Numbered from the stretch's first letter, positions 43,251 through 56,850 are shown. The stretch is 64,000 nucleotides of DNA from Octopus vulgaris (GCA_951406725.2 OX597831.1:30690001-30754000), one strand, 5' to 3'. A program made the numbers and translations. The notes: generated by a model from the letters alone, not told the origin.

Positions 43251-43392
43251 ACCGGATTAAGCACATAAATGTGAAACTAGGTGGAAAAAAGAGTACTCAA
43301 ATACCAGAGGTAGAGTAATATGCTTTATTTAAAAGCAGCAGAAATATAACAAAAGCTGTTACTCAGAGTTTCACGTTCCCGCTCGACGATAA
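43251..43392 (-). mobile_element. Penelope-like tail fragment with truncated hammerhead-like motif
   Basis: Minus strand tcgtcga-gcg ggaa cgt-GAAA-ctc t gag-TA-acag; embedded in (TA)n. Confidence 0.5.
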
Positions 43393-43396
43393 TATA

Positions 43397-43462
<66 letters not shown>

Positions 43463-44059
43463 ATGTATATATATATGTATGTGTGTATGTATATATATAT
43501 ATGTATGTATGTATTTATATGTGTATGTATATATATGTGTGTGTGTGTGTGTGTCTGTGTATATATGTATGTAATGTATGCATGCATGTATGTATGTATG
43601 TATGTATGTATGTATGTATGTATGTATGTATGTATGTATGCATATTATACTAGTGAATGATCTCCATCGTTCGGCGACGAATATCCATTTGTTCGATCAA
43701 CTAAATTAACGTGTGACAAATCATTCCAGAGACACGTGTGCTGTTAACAAAATTCTCAAGCAGTATCAGCACGATTCCTGGGATAGAACCCGGGACCTCG
43801 TAGTTACGAACCGAACTTCAACATTCGACCACACTCTATGTAAGCGTTCTCTCTTTCTCTGTCACTGTCCGCCTGTCTGTTTCTCTCCCTGTGTATCTAT
43901 CTATATATATATTACTTATATATATATATATATATATATATGTGTATATATATATATATGTGTATATGTATGTATATGTTAATAAAATAGAACATATGTA
44001 TATATATAAACATATATGTACGTACCTACCTCTACATGTACATATATACGCATATATGT

Positions 44060-44540
44060 GTACAGGACACCAAAAAGACGTCGAACACATAGAGAGACGA
44101 AAAACATAGACACAAACCAAGGAACAGGACAAGCAAAAAAAAGGGATACAGGACAATAAGCACAACGAAAAATCCCCTTCTTCAGTCGCTAAGGTTTCAT
44201 CTACTCTACGTTTCGAAGGATAAAAGCGAGACGTATCTTCGAAGAAACTTCCTTCCTGCGAAAAGCAAATCAATTAAAATTCTGAGATCTTTTCGCAGAG
44301 GGGTAAAAAATGGTAAAAAAAAGCAAGACGGTAACGACAGTACAAACATATAAACAGTAAAAAAATATATATAAACAGTGGAAAAATAAATATATAACAG
44401 TGAGAGACAGGACAAGGAGAACAAGAAAAGAAGGGCTGTTTACGCCAGACGAAAAAAGTATTGCAAACGCTGGATTATAGTGGACGACGAGAGAGCAGGA
44501 ATGTCGACCAGTGGCCTTAGAAGGCGGGCGAGAAAAGACA
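44060..44540 (-). mobile_element. Interspersed repeat, probable Penelope-like terminal region
   Basis: Minus strand T-rich with cgaaacgta and gactgaagaagg motifs and two hairpins; begins at a TA-rich tract. Confidence 0.4.
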
Positions 44541-44706
44541 ACACACACATACAAACACTCACATACATACACATACTTACACTTACTATCATACACACAC
44601 ACACATGCACATACATATCACCTATATGTACTTATGGCTAATTGCGCGTTGAATTCTTTTAGAAATTTCAAGTGTGTGTGTGATTGCGTGAATGCGTATG
44701 TATATA

Positions 44707-44843
44707 TGTGTGTGTATGTGCGCTGTCGTGTGCCTTAACACACACGTGTGTTCTATTGTGTGTGTACAAGTGCATGTGTGTGTATGTGCGCTGTCGTGTG
44801 CCTTAACACACTCGTGTGTTCTATTGTGTGTGTACAAGTGCAT
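44707..44843. repeat. 68-bp tandem duplication
   Basis: gcgctgtcgtgtgccttaacacac..gtgtgttctattgtgtgtgtacaagtgca twice. Confidence 0.9.
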
Positions 44844-44904
44844 GGAGACTTATGCTTGCGTAATTGTACGAATATACATACATACATACATACATATATA
44901 TATG

Positions 44905-44955
<51 letters not shown>

Positions 44956-44956
44956 G

Positions 44957-45025
<69 letters not shown>

Positions 45026-45050
45026 GTATTTACATATATATACATATATG

Positions 45051-45089
<39 letters not shown>

Positions 45090-45281
45090 TTATACATACA
45101 TACGCTTGCTCAAGTGTGTATAAAGAAGAAAAAAAATTTATTTAACAAGACATGTGACAAGTGGAATATTAGGAGAATGAAAAAAATAAATCCAATATGG
45201 TGGCTTTGATATTACATTCCTGAAACTAATTAGATATGAAAGAAAAAATTATTTGCAAATCTGAATTTATATATTTTATAT

Positions 45282-45343
<62 letters not shown>

Positions 45344-45429
45344 TTGTGTGTGTGTGTGCGTATGTGTGTGTGAGTGTGTGTGTGCGTGCGTGTGTGTGTT
45401 TGTGTGTGTGTGTGTGTGTGAGTGTGTAT

Positions 45430-45460
<31 letters not shown>

Positions 45461-45470
45461 AGTGTGTGTG

Positions 45471-45534
<64 letters not shown>

Positions 45535-46329
45535 TGTGTGATATGGTTTGCGCATGGCGTACTTCAGTGGGAGTAGGTATGTATGCATCCATATAAATAT
45601 CTATTCTTCTTTTCCTGTCCTTCTGTCTCTGTCTCTCTGTGTCTCTGTATCTCTCTCTCCATCTCATCCTTCTCTCTTATTATTTCTCTCTCCTTGTTCT
45701 TATCCTCCCCACCCCACACTTGCACACATACATACGTATTTACGAAGACAGACACATATATGTGTAGGCGTAAGATCACAGTGATATTTCTTCTCCATTC
45801 ACGTTTTCTGTATGCCAACTGCCGACTCGTTTGCACATTCCTTTACCAAATTCAGTTACTCTACATATTTTAGGTGTATTTGAAAGCATGTTAGCATTGT
45901 CAAATATGTGTTACTAATGTATTACAGTACATTACATTACATGACATTACATTAGATGTGATGAGCCTGAGCCATATGATAGCTTCTACGTGGTCATTCC
46001 GCCTGCTAGAAATAACAACTATATCTCTCTCGGGTTTCGTTTATATCTTTTATCTTTTACTTGTTTCAGTCATTGGACTGCGGCCACTCTGGGGCATCGC
46101 CTTGAAGTGACTTAGTCGAACAAATCAAGCCTGGTACTTATTTTTTAAAAGTCCGGCGCTTATTTAATGCATCTCTAAGTTACGGGGGCGTAAACAAACC
46201 AACACCCGTTGTCAGCTGGTGAAAGAGAGTGACGACAAATAACAAACACAACGAACACACCTCAACTCATTTGTTTATCTCTTTCTCTCTGTATCTCTTT
46301 CTCTTAATCGCTCTCGCTCTGTCTGGCTG

Positions 46330-46383
<54 letters not shown>

Positions 46384-46465
46384 TAAACGTAAAAATAATT
46401 ACAGACATGGACAAGAACATCTCTCTCTCTCTCTCTCTCTCTCTCGATATGGCAGGCCAAGGAAA

Positions 46466-46504
<39 letters not shown>

Positions 46505-46771
46505 TATATACAACGAACAAAATATGGGTATGTGGCTCACAGGTAATATAAATGACTAGGTTCGCTGGGTAAGTATGCTGTGACGGATTGGCTCACAGGT
46601 AATTAAATGACTAGGTTCGCCAGGGCCCCAAGCTCATAGCCGAGAAGGCAGTTATGGAACCATTGTATATTTCCGGTATAGCAGATATATAATTGTTAAA
46701 GAGGACAAAAAATTCTAAGGCAAGACAAACATCTCAAGTCATATACGTTATTATTATTAGAAAAGTTTTAA

Positions 46772-46810
46772 GTCTCACAGCTGTTTCTGGGATATTCCGT
46801 CATCGGAGAC
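46772..46810 (-). ncRNA. Hammerhead-like motif in the Penelope trailer, probably inactive
   Basis: gtct-CCGATGA-c gga ata tcc ca-GAAA-cagctg-TG-agac; palindromic ACAGCTGT stem III; triplet GUG breaks the NUH rule. Confidence 0.5.
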
Positions 46811-47089
46811 AACTAAGCAAAATGTGAAGGGTACAGATTAAGGAAACGATGAAATAAGGACTGGAAAAAAAGGAATGAAGATAAAGAAGAAAAAAAGAAG
46901 TATAAATGTTCACAGTTCAACTTTCCGATGTTAGTCCATAAGTCTTTAGGTGCATTCCTATGCAAATCCATGTATGGTTATAGCCTTCATAGTGTAAATA
47001 TCCAGGGATAAACGTGAACATATTGATGGTTCGTAAGAGAATGATAGCAGAAATAGCTATTGAGGGATAAAGAGAAAGAAAAATAATTA

Positions 47090-47503
47090 GGCGCAGGAGT
47101 GGCTGTGTGGTAAGTAGCTTGTTTACCAACCACATGGTTCCGGGTTCAGTCCCACTGCGTGGCACCTTGGGCAAGTGTCTTCTACTATAGCCTCGGGCCG
47201 ACCAAGGCCTTGTGAGTGAATTTGGTAGACGGAAACTGAAAGAAGCCCGTCGTATATATGTATATATATACTTATGCGTGTGTGTGTTTGTGTGTCTGTG
47301 TTTGTCCCCTAGCATTGCTTGACAACCGATGCTGGTGTGTTTATGTCCCCGTTACTTAGCGGTTCGGCAAAAGAGACCGATAGAATAAGTACTGGGCTTA
47401 GAAAAGAATAAGTCCCCGGTTCGAGTTGCTCGATTAAAGACGGTGCTCCAGCATGGCCGCAGTCAAATGACTGAAACAAGTAAAAGAGTAAAAGAGTAAA
47501 GAG
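47090..47503 (+). mobile_element. SINE family A, full length, young-looking
   Basis: Complete head, core, short internal microsatellite and (gtaaaaga)n tail. Confidence 0.95.
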
Positions 47504-48413
47504 AGAAAGGTATTTGTAGGGAAGCTTGGGGTACAGAGAACGGAGGAGGAATGCAAGGATTGGCATGAAGGATGCATAAGGTATATAAAAATATAATGTA
47601 CAAAAATAATCAAGAAGATAAGTAAATAAATATATAAGGGTAAATAAAGAGAGAGGGGGAGGTAAAGGAAGATAACATAAAAAATACAATGAAAGGGATT
47701 CAAAGAGAAAAGTAGATACCAGCACTGTTCTTCTAGTTTGTAAGGGTTGGGGCAGGAAGTGCAGTAGAAAATGTTTGTGTCCGTTTTATGGCTAAGGCCC
47801 ATTTCCTTATTAACCATGAGGTTGAGAAAAAGAGGGGACGATACGAGGACAGACAAAACAAACGTTGGGGTCAGGGTATCGAATGAGACGAAACGTATGA
47901 ATAAACAAACAATTAAAATATATACAATTAAATGAGAATGAAGCAGTGGACGCGGTCGACCCCACAAATCACATACTCACACTGAAGACTTTGCTTTGTC
48001 CTTTTATATTCTCGTTTAGACAGGTTCTTTCACTCGCAGCATACTTGCTATAGATTTCCATCTTTTACGAAACACACTTTGCGACAGGCATTTCTTTTCC
48101 AGCCTTATTTTCAGTTTCATGTGGAAATCGAAAAAGTCGATTAGCTCGAGATTGGAGATGAACATGCCTGTTGCAATTCTTTTCACTCTCGTCTTCCAGA
48201 CTACTTCTTTCGCCACAGCAACTACCGAGAGAAAACAGGCTCGCCCCTCCCTATTCAGAGAGGGACTATAGAAATATTTCTACCTAAGGGAGTATGAGTG
48301 TGTAGGTAAGTGGGAATGGAGAAACTAGTTGAATATTAAATTATTTAGGAATAAAGGTTACAACTAACGATTAGGGGATTTAATAGGTGAAGGTTTAAAG
48401 ATGAATTAAAGAA

Positions 48414-48815
48414 TTAAGAGTTATCTTCTAAGGTAATAAGATTAATAGAGAGGATATACAAGGGTAAGTAATAACGATTATGGAGGTAGGTATTTATGTG
48501 TGGGGTAAGTTTACACCTGGATTTATGGAAGAATTTAAAAGTGCGAAAGAATTTGTATTTACACGTTGTGAAGGCTTCGTTGTGTTTGTTGAGTAATTGT
48601 GGTGAGTTATGGGTTAAAATTTTGAGGGCTTCTTTGAGGTAGAGTCCATAAGTGGAGCTCTGGCCCTGATACGGGATGCCAGAATCTATTATAGCCCAGG
48701 ATGGCCCATATTGTATTTTTCTATTAATTAGATTGTGCACGTAACTGGTTAGTGATGTGGAATTGCTATGCTCTTTATATTTAAATGAGTTTAAACGTGC
48801 AGGAGATCTTTGTTT
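48414..48815 (-). pseudogene. Penelope (Neptune-type) GIY-YIG endonuclease C-terminal remnant
   Basis: SF..KEHSNSTSLTSYVHNL....Y..SWAII....PY......YGLYLKEALKIL......LLNK..E....CKYK fits the TxLSxY..W.I..PY..CxLCLxEK..LLNKR.E..C.H pattern, with Cys degraded to Tyr. Confidence 0.75.
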
Positions 48816-49999
48816 AATATTATATATATATATGTACACGACGGGCGTCCCTCACTCACAGGGCATTGGTTGGTTCAGGATTCGTGAAAAAGACACTGGT
48901 CCAGGGTGCCGAATACGGGGACCGAATCAGAAACCACATAATAGCAAAGCAAGTATCTTAATAAGATAGCCATGCTTGTGCCTACTTCCTTCTTTTTTTT
49001 TTTTTTTTACTAAAGCACATTTAATAATTGTCGTCATAGATATACAAAATGACGGATTGATCATCACGGCTGGAATATCTTTGATCTTAAGTCTCTGTCT
49101 TATTAGTGTAACTAGAAGCTACTTAAAAACAACAAAATGAGTCATAACGTTAATAGATTTTTATCATGCGCCTTTAAGTTTGTTTGCATGTACAACCTTA
49201 TTTTGACTTTGCTTTTCGTCTCCCTGCCACCAATAAAGCCAGTACTAGTAAGTAACGGATTGGGGTTTCCGTTGGTGAGAGTTCATGAGGGATCCCTACC
49301 TGTATGCATATACCTCGGCAAAGGGAATTTTTTTTTGTTATTATTATTTATGGAGGAGAGGACTGAAGACTGGCAGTAGCCCAAGCATAGAAATGTTTCT
49401 CCTCCACGCTGCAGATATCATCAAAGCGAAAACCACCGCGACCCTGACATTTTGGCATCAGAATCATTGCCGGCATTGTGGTCAGAACGCAAACGACCGG
49501 AACAAATACCGGAAGGCATCTTATCCAAAATTTCATAGTTCCGCTAATCTATCGCCTAGAATGGAGTCCAAAAAAAAAAAAAAAAAAAAAAGAAGTAAAT
49601 GAATGATGAAGTTGACCTCAGCGAAATTTGAACTCAGAAGCGTTCGATCTTACATTCTGACATATCATCCAGTTCACAGCCTTACCAGTAATGTTCAGGG
49701 GTCGATTCAGTGAATTAAACTTCCTTTCTGCAAATGTGAGGCCTTTGTCCCAAAGCTAATAATCATAATTATCTTATTTTAAAACCATTTCTAAGAAATC
49801 TATTCAAAGAGATGTTAAGAATAGGACAATCTTGGCATATTCTCAAAATAGCCATCGCAACACAGCTACAATAGTATGATCGCTATTAGGCCTATTGTGA
49901 TTTTGTGGAAAAAGCGGTAGTAAGTGACACAAAATGCCAATCAGTAGTTAATAACGTTTGTATCGTGAATTAGGAGAATCCGTAGAATGACGGAGAGAC

Positions 50000-50420
50000 A
50001 ACGATGTGAGGTTAAGAAGCTCGCTTTTCAACGACAGTTTCGAATTCTCAGTCACACAGCGTGTAATCTTGGCCAAGTGTTGCCTACTACAGCTCCGACT
50101 AATGGCAAGTGGGTGAATTTGGTAGACGGAAACTGTGTGAAGCCCATCGCATATATGTATGTGCGTGCGTGTGTGTGTGTGTGTGTGTGCGCGCGTGTTT
50201 GTGTATGTTCCACGTTTACTGCTTGAAAACCAGTGATGGTTTGTTTACCTCCCTCATAACTTTCCGATCTCGTCAAAATAAATTGCTTATTTAATTTGTC
50301 TCTTTTTGCCGACATCTTGACAGATAATTACTGGGGTCGATTTTTTTCGATTAAAGCCATCAAGGATGTGCCCCAGGTGGGTCGCAGTCCAATAACTAAA
50401 ACAACTAAAAGATAAAAGAT
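50000..50420 (+). mobile_element. SINE family A, old diverged copy
   Basis: tttggtagacggaaactg, ctggggtcgattt, taaaagataaaagat landmarks. Confidence 0.75.
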
Positions 50421-51326
50421 TTATTTACATCGATTTACGTTTTGAGTTCAAATCCCGCCTGATTTGCATTCACTTTTGATTTCTTCCAGGGTCGATAAAA
50501 TTACAATACCCAATAAGCAGAGTCAAGGTAATCGAAGCTGTCGCCCTTATCCAAGCACCAAAAGCAAGTTGTGGCTTTCTGCCTATTCGATATTTTACCA
50601 TGTCCCTTTAACACTGAGTTTAAAATCCCGACGAGGTAGACTTAGCCGTTTAATTAATATAATAAGTACCTGCCAAGTAATGGGACTGATTCAACTGACT
50701 ACACGTCTTTCCGGTGTTCCATTAAAACAATAATAAACAAAACAACAAAAATTGATGTGTGACCTGACCCTACATGAATAGAAGAAATCAATACCATTAA
50801 TAACAAGTGGATAACATGTCAAAACTGATGGTCAAAAGAAGACAGTTTGTATTCAACAGTAAACAGTCGAATCTGCAATCAGATATTCCTGGTTTATACC
50901 ATTGATGTATAGTATCATGTCGAAACTTAATTAAGAACCAATTTTACGTGATGAGATTAACTCATTGCTCAGGTCACTTAGATGAATTTATCTTCATTTT
51001 CATTGTGTAAATAATATTAGCGATAATTTGTGAGTGTAATATATACATAAATGCATACATACATACATACATACATACATACATACACATATATATATAT
51101 ATATATTGCATTTATGTGACTACACACACACATGTTTCTCTCTCTCTTTTTCTCACTGTTTCTTTCTCTCTCTCCCTCTCTCTCTCTTCCTGTCTGTCTC
51201 TCCCTCTCTCTCTCTTTCTGTCACTCTCTCCCTCTCTCTCTCTCTATGTTTATGTTTATATATATATATATATATACATACATACAGGCATACATACACA
51301 CATACATATATACATACATACATACA

Positions 51327-51395
<69 letters not shown>

Positions 51396-51409
51396 CATAT
51401 TGGTTATTG

Positions 51410-52162
51410 ATTTCAGATCTTGGCATAAGGCCAGTAATTTTAGAGGAGGGGCTGATGTCGATTACAACGACCCAAGTGCTTAACAGGTACTTATTTTATC
51501 GGCACGAAAAGGATGGGAGGTAAAATCTACCCCGGCGGAATTAGAACCTAGAATGTAAAGATGGACGTAATGCCGATAAGCATTCTGCCCGCCGTGCTAA
51601 CGATTGTCAGCTCGTCGCCCTCACACACACACACACACACACATTATGTATGTAAACATGTCTATAGTTAATCTTATCGAATCCACCACATAAATTGCTG
51701 ACTTTTTCATCGATTGCAGATCGCAAATCCTACTCCTTAACCACGATAGATGCGAGCTGGCAGAACCGTTAGCACGCCGGGCGAAATGCGTAGCCATATT
51801 TCGTCTGCCGTTACGCTCTGAGTTCAAATTCCGCCGAGGTCGACTTTACCTTTCATCCTTTGGGGTCGATAAATTAAGTACCAGTCACGCACTGGGGTCG
51901 ATATAATCGACTTAATCCGTTTGTCTGTCCTTGTTTGTCCACTCTGTATTTAGCCCCTTGTGAGTAGTAAAGAAATAGGTATTTCGTATGCCGTTACGTT
52001 CTGAGTTCAAATTTCGTCGAGGTCGACTTTGCCTTTCATCCTTTCGGGGTCGATAAATTAAGTACCAATTACGCACTGGGGTCGATGTATTCGACTTAAT
52101 CCCTTTGTCTGTCCTTGTTTGTCCCCTCTGTGTTTAGCCACTTTTGGGCAATAAAGAAATAA
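51410..52162. mobile_element. SINE B minus copy (51410-51620) and plus-strand SINE B dimer (51750-52162)
   Basis: Dimer junction aagaaataggtatttcg at 51970-51986; 183-bp spacing. Confidence 0.92.
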
Positions 52163-52247
52163 GATGCCAACCTCAAATTGCAGTCATCTTAAAGTTTATA
52201 TCGCTGCACTCTCCCTATAATAATATTTTTTGTTTGTTTTTTAATGG

Positions 52248-52830
52248 AAAGCACATTACTTATTATATATTAAATTAAGAATAATGGTTAATGTTTACAC
52301 AAGAAAATGAAGGTGAAATCATCTTAATGACCCGAGCAAAAAGTTAATCGCATCTCCAAAAATTGGAGATAGACACATATATGCTATCAACGCTTACTAA
52401 ACACATACGTACATGCATACATACACAAACACAAACACACATAATATATATATGAATATATATATATATACACACACACATATTTATGCACATGTATATC
52501 GTATATACATACACACGGATGTATGTATGTATGTATGTATGTATGTATGTATGTATGTATGTATGTATGTATGTATGTATGCTTGTATGCATGTATGTAA
52601 GTGTATGTGTTTTTCTATATAAATACATTATATATTAAATTAATTGAGGACAGCAGTGTATTGTAAACGGTCGAGTTACGGCGAACAAAATATCTCACCA
52701 AATTTAGTTGTCACCAATTTTTGGAACTGTCATTAACTTTTGCTCGGGGTCATTGAAATGAATTCATTTTCATTTTCTTCTGTAAATATCAACAATTACT
52801 CGTAATTCAATATATAACTAATGTGTTTTT
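52248..52830. mobile_element. Fold-back/MITE-like element with ~120 bp diverged inverted arms
   Basis: aatgacccgagcaaaaagttaat..tccaaaaattgg (52326-52366) versus ccaatttttgga..attaactttttgctcggggtcatt (52714-52754); homology extends outward. Confidence 0.75.
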
Positions 52831-53349
52831 TTTTTCTATTTTTTCTCCGTGTCTTATTTCATGATAGATGAGTGAAGTAATATAAACTTTAGAATAACAA
52901 TTGGATACGCCGCTAGATTTAGTTATGTTACTTGTTTTCCGTTATAGTTTGAGTTCGGTGACTATTGTATTTCAGTTGGATTTTCGTGGGTGTAGTTTCG
53001 ATAAAACAAATCGCCATTAACATAGCGGAATCGATAAAACTTACTGTATTTTTGGATAGGGTAGGGTGTGTGTTGTGATTTGTGTTGTGATGTCCAACGA
53101 CGAAATGATTTTTATATTGCTTGAAATCCCATCTTTATGGAATCCATTCTACCAAAGATGTACAGGATCTGATGTTAAGAACATCTCTAGGAATTAAATA
53201 TTTAAGGTACTTATAACTTTCGAACAAATTAAATATCCTGTTTATGGGAGATAGATAGATAGAGAGAGAGGGAGAGAGGAGGGGGGAAACAGAGTTATAC
53301 GTTGTCATTCCAGGGGCTAAATATATTAGCCAAATCTTCGAATATCATA

Positions 53350-53607
53350 CTCTCTTTTACTCTTTTACTTGTTTCAGTCATTTGACTGCGGCCATGCTGG
53401 AGCACCGCCTTTAGTCGAGCAAACCGCCCCCAGGACTTATTCTTTGGAAGCCTAGCACTTATTCTATGGGTCTCTTTTTGCCGAACCGCTAAGTTACGGG
53501 GCCGTAAACACACCAACATCGGTTGTCAAGCGATGTTGGGGGAAACAAACACAGACACAGAAACATATACACACACTTACATCCATATATATATACATAT
53601 ATACGAC
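53350..53607 (-). mobile_element. SINE family A, 3' half
   Basis: Tail ctcttttactcttttacttg through to tatatacgac. Confidence 0.9.
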
Positions 53608-53689
53608 GTTATCATGTTATCATTTTTAATAATAATGGTAAGAATAAAACGGAATGACATTGTAAACCAATCATAAGTAAGCGTTTTCG

Positions 53690-53808
53690 AGAAGCGGGCC
53701 GCATGAGACATAACTCATCATCAGGCAGGCCGCACTGCTAAAATATTTCATGGTAGTTTTTTGTTAGTCGAGCCAAATCTCACGGGCCGCAGGTTGTAGT
53801 AGGCCGTA
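53690..53808. mobile_element. hAT-Charlie-like terminal remnant
   Basis: Three (c/a)ggccgca subterminal motifs ending gggccgcaggttgtagtaggcc. Confidence 0.45.
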
Positions 53809-54001
53809 GTCATAGGCATACTAAGTATGGAAATACAAACAATGACGCTATGATCACATCTGGAAATCTTTGACTATAAATTTATTCGATCCAGCCTTGG
53901 ATGGGGCTAATCATCGAAATATACAACGGTAGCAGGAATTAACAATAACAACGACATATTCAGTATAAAGGATATTTTCGAAGTTTACCGTCAAAGCACA
54001 G

Positions 54002-54233
54002 GCGAGACGTGGGTGTGTGATAAGAAGTTTGCTTCGCAAACACATAGTTGCAGTTTCAGTCCCACGGCGTGGCATCTTGCGCAGGTGTCTTCTACTACAG
54101 CCTCGGTTTGACCAAAGCCTTGTAAGTGGATCTGGTAGACGGAAACTGCCCAAGGTACCATTAAATGCATTAAGTGGGACTGAACCCGGAATCATGTATT
54201 TGCGAGTAAAACTTCTTACCACACAGCCATGCC
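54002..54233. mobile_element. Abutting inverted SINE A heads (fold-back)
   Basis: Plus head 54002-54148 runs directly into minus head 54148-54233. Confidence 0.8.
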
Positions 54234-54263
54234 AATTTTGAAATTAAAAACAGTGACAAAATA

Positions 54264-54496
54264 TATTTCTTTATTGCCCACAAGGGGCTAAACATAGAGA
54301 GGACAAACAAGGACAGACAAAGGGATTAAGTCGATTACATCGACCCCAGAGCGAAACTGATACTTTTATTTATCGACCCCGAAAGGATGAAAGGCAAAGT
54401 CGACCTCGACGGAATTTGAACTCAGAACGTAACGACAGACGAAATACCGCTAAGCATTCCGCCCGGCGCGCTAACGTGTCTGCCAGCTCGCCGCCT
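54264..54496 (-). mobile_element. SINE family B, long tail, full length
   Basis: Near-identical to 26740-26971. Confidence 0.95.
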
Positions 54497-55953
54497 AAAA
54501 ACAATAAAACCCAGAAACACCAACGACATTTATGTTTCGTCACTATTTACGGCTAAATGAACTGGGCTATTGAGAGTTAAGTGTCATGGCCGAGATTGCC
54601 AATATCTCCATTGGTCTTCCAGTATCATGTCCACTCGGATTTATGTGGTTCTCAAAAACAACAACGACAAAAGTAGTAACCACCTTAGAAATATGAATAA
54701 CAGTAAAATTTAACAGCAAAAAACAAAAGTAACAGTGGCGATAAGAGAAAGCTCATTATTAATAATCACAATTGCAACAATAACAAAGGGGAAACGTCTA
54801 AGAAGTTACTCGAATAGATAGCTAGAAATAGCAGCCAAATCCCGTTTCTGAAAGCACATCGTATCAAATTCCAAAATAACCATAATGGAAGTTAATCCCA
54901 GATATATTTATGTCAACAAAGAAAAAGAAGAGAAAAAGTAGAATAAGCGAGTGGGAGGGGAATTGAGGGAGACAGAAGATAGAACGGTCACAGCCTGGAG
55001 GCGTTTCTTCGTTGGCTTCTGCGATTAGGATTATAAGAAAGAACTCTGTTGTAATTTATTAATAAAAAAAAATGTATTAAATGCATAGCAATGACATCAG
55101 CAAGAACAACAACAACAACAAAACAAACAATAGCATCTATAGGAACACATCGAGATAAAACTAGCAAATACAACAATAACAGCAACAATTGCAATACCCT
55201 TAAATTGAACAAGCATAAACAACGGCAGAGGAAGCAGCAGCAGCAGCAATTACAACAACAGCAATAAAAACAAAAACGTGTGTTGGCTGTATCAAATGTT
55301 AATATTGTGGATGTTATGACAACAAAGTATTTTTGTTCGTTTTAATATCTATAACAGGTTGTCGTGATTCAATATGGCGAATACCACAGAGCTGCCATCT
55401 TAAGGCTTGTTCGGATCATATCACCGCGTCATTAGAGAAACTAATACAAGATGGAGATGCATCGTTTAACAAACCCTATTCAACCCCGCCCATCCACTAT
55501 GCACACACGTGCACGCATGTACAAATACATTCATATGTATACTATTGCCTGCATATGCTCATACATAAAATAGTCTTACGCGTACTTATGTATATGTGTA
55601 TGTATATGATGCAATTAATTCCGGTGAACTTTAAAGAGTACATTTCAACTTATCACTTAAAGAATAATTGGAAGTGTGTCATAGAACATTCACACATATA
55701 TACACACAGCCACGCACACACACATACACACACACAAAAGACAAACACGTACACATATAACCACGTAGGCATACACATGAATTGATATACAAAGGGATAG
55801 AAAGGCATGTTGATAGGTAACTACATAGAGAGACGGGCAAAAAGGAAGTTAGAGAAGTTAGAAAAGGAAGTTAGAGAAGTTAGAGAAGGAGAATAAAAGA
55901 TAGACAGACAATCAAACAGACTGTTAGAGAGTAAGACATACATACACACACAA

Positions 55954-55997
<44 letters not shown>

Positions 55998-55998
55998 T

Positions 55999-56220
55999 AA
56001 GACCCCCTTCGGTCATGAGTGACCATGGGTTTGCACCTAGAGAGTTACCCTCTGAGGCACAAGTCTGGGCAAGGTTGTTTTATGGAAGACCAGTAGTCGC
56101 CCATGCATACCGGCCTCCCCTCTCCACGCCACCAGTGTTATCCAAGGGAAAGACAAAGGTCGATACAGCTTGGCACCTGTGACGTCGCAACTCATTTCTA
56201 CAGCTGAGTGAACTGGAGCA
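55999..56220 (-). mobile_element. SINE family C, 3' part, inside (TA)n
   Basis: Reverse complement of ~34257-34483. Confidence 0.9.
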
Positions 56221-56233
56221 ATATATATATATA

Positions 56234-56402
56234 TACCATAACCATCAGATGAAACATAATTTTATAAACAAAAGAATATTCCCAAAATATAGCAGGAACG
56301 TGGCTGAAGTCTGTCGTGTCGAGGCTAACTTTGAAAATGTTCATATTTAGCCTCGACAGACTTCAACGGGGTAAAATTACGTTTCATCTGATGATTATGG
56401 TA
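56234..56402. mobile_element. Palindromic MITE-like element, TA-flanked
   Basis: taccataaccatcagatgaaac.taatttta / taaaattacgtttcatctgatgattatggta outer arms; tgaagtctgtcg..gaggctaa / ttagcctcgacagacttca inner arms. Confidence 0.8.
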
Positions 56403-56761
56403 ATGTTCTCCTTCTATTAAAAAAATGCGTATGAAACAGCTGTAATGAGCTGACAATTATCCATCGTCTGTTATTATTCATTTGATTATAATACACTAAG
56501 AAGATTTACAATTTGTTGACCTCCCTAGAGTACACCAACAGTGTACAATTCAACGTAACGCGTGCGTTGTAGCACTCTTCTAGGCGCTAAATACTCATAG
56601 GATTGGTTTTCTCTGTGTACACAACCGGAATATCCTATTTGATACTTACCGACCACAGGCCGGAACCACAGGCTTATCAAAACCCCTGCCTGGTGCATAT
56701 CTTTTCAAGTACCTGATTCTATTTGAATCCTTATTTTTTAATCCTTATCTTAACCACTGTT

Positions 56762-56850
<89 letters not shown>

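Larger units (their letters stand above)
46690..48820 (-). mobile_element. 5'-truncated Penelope-like element (Neptune-type), interrupted by SINE A
   Basis: GIY-YIG C-terminal remnant at the right, long pyrimidine-rich (minus) trailer, hammerhead-like fold near the left end. Confidence 0.65.
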
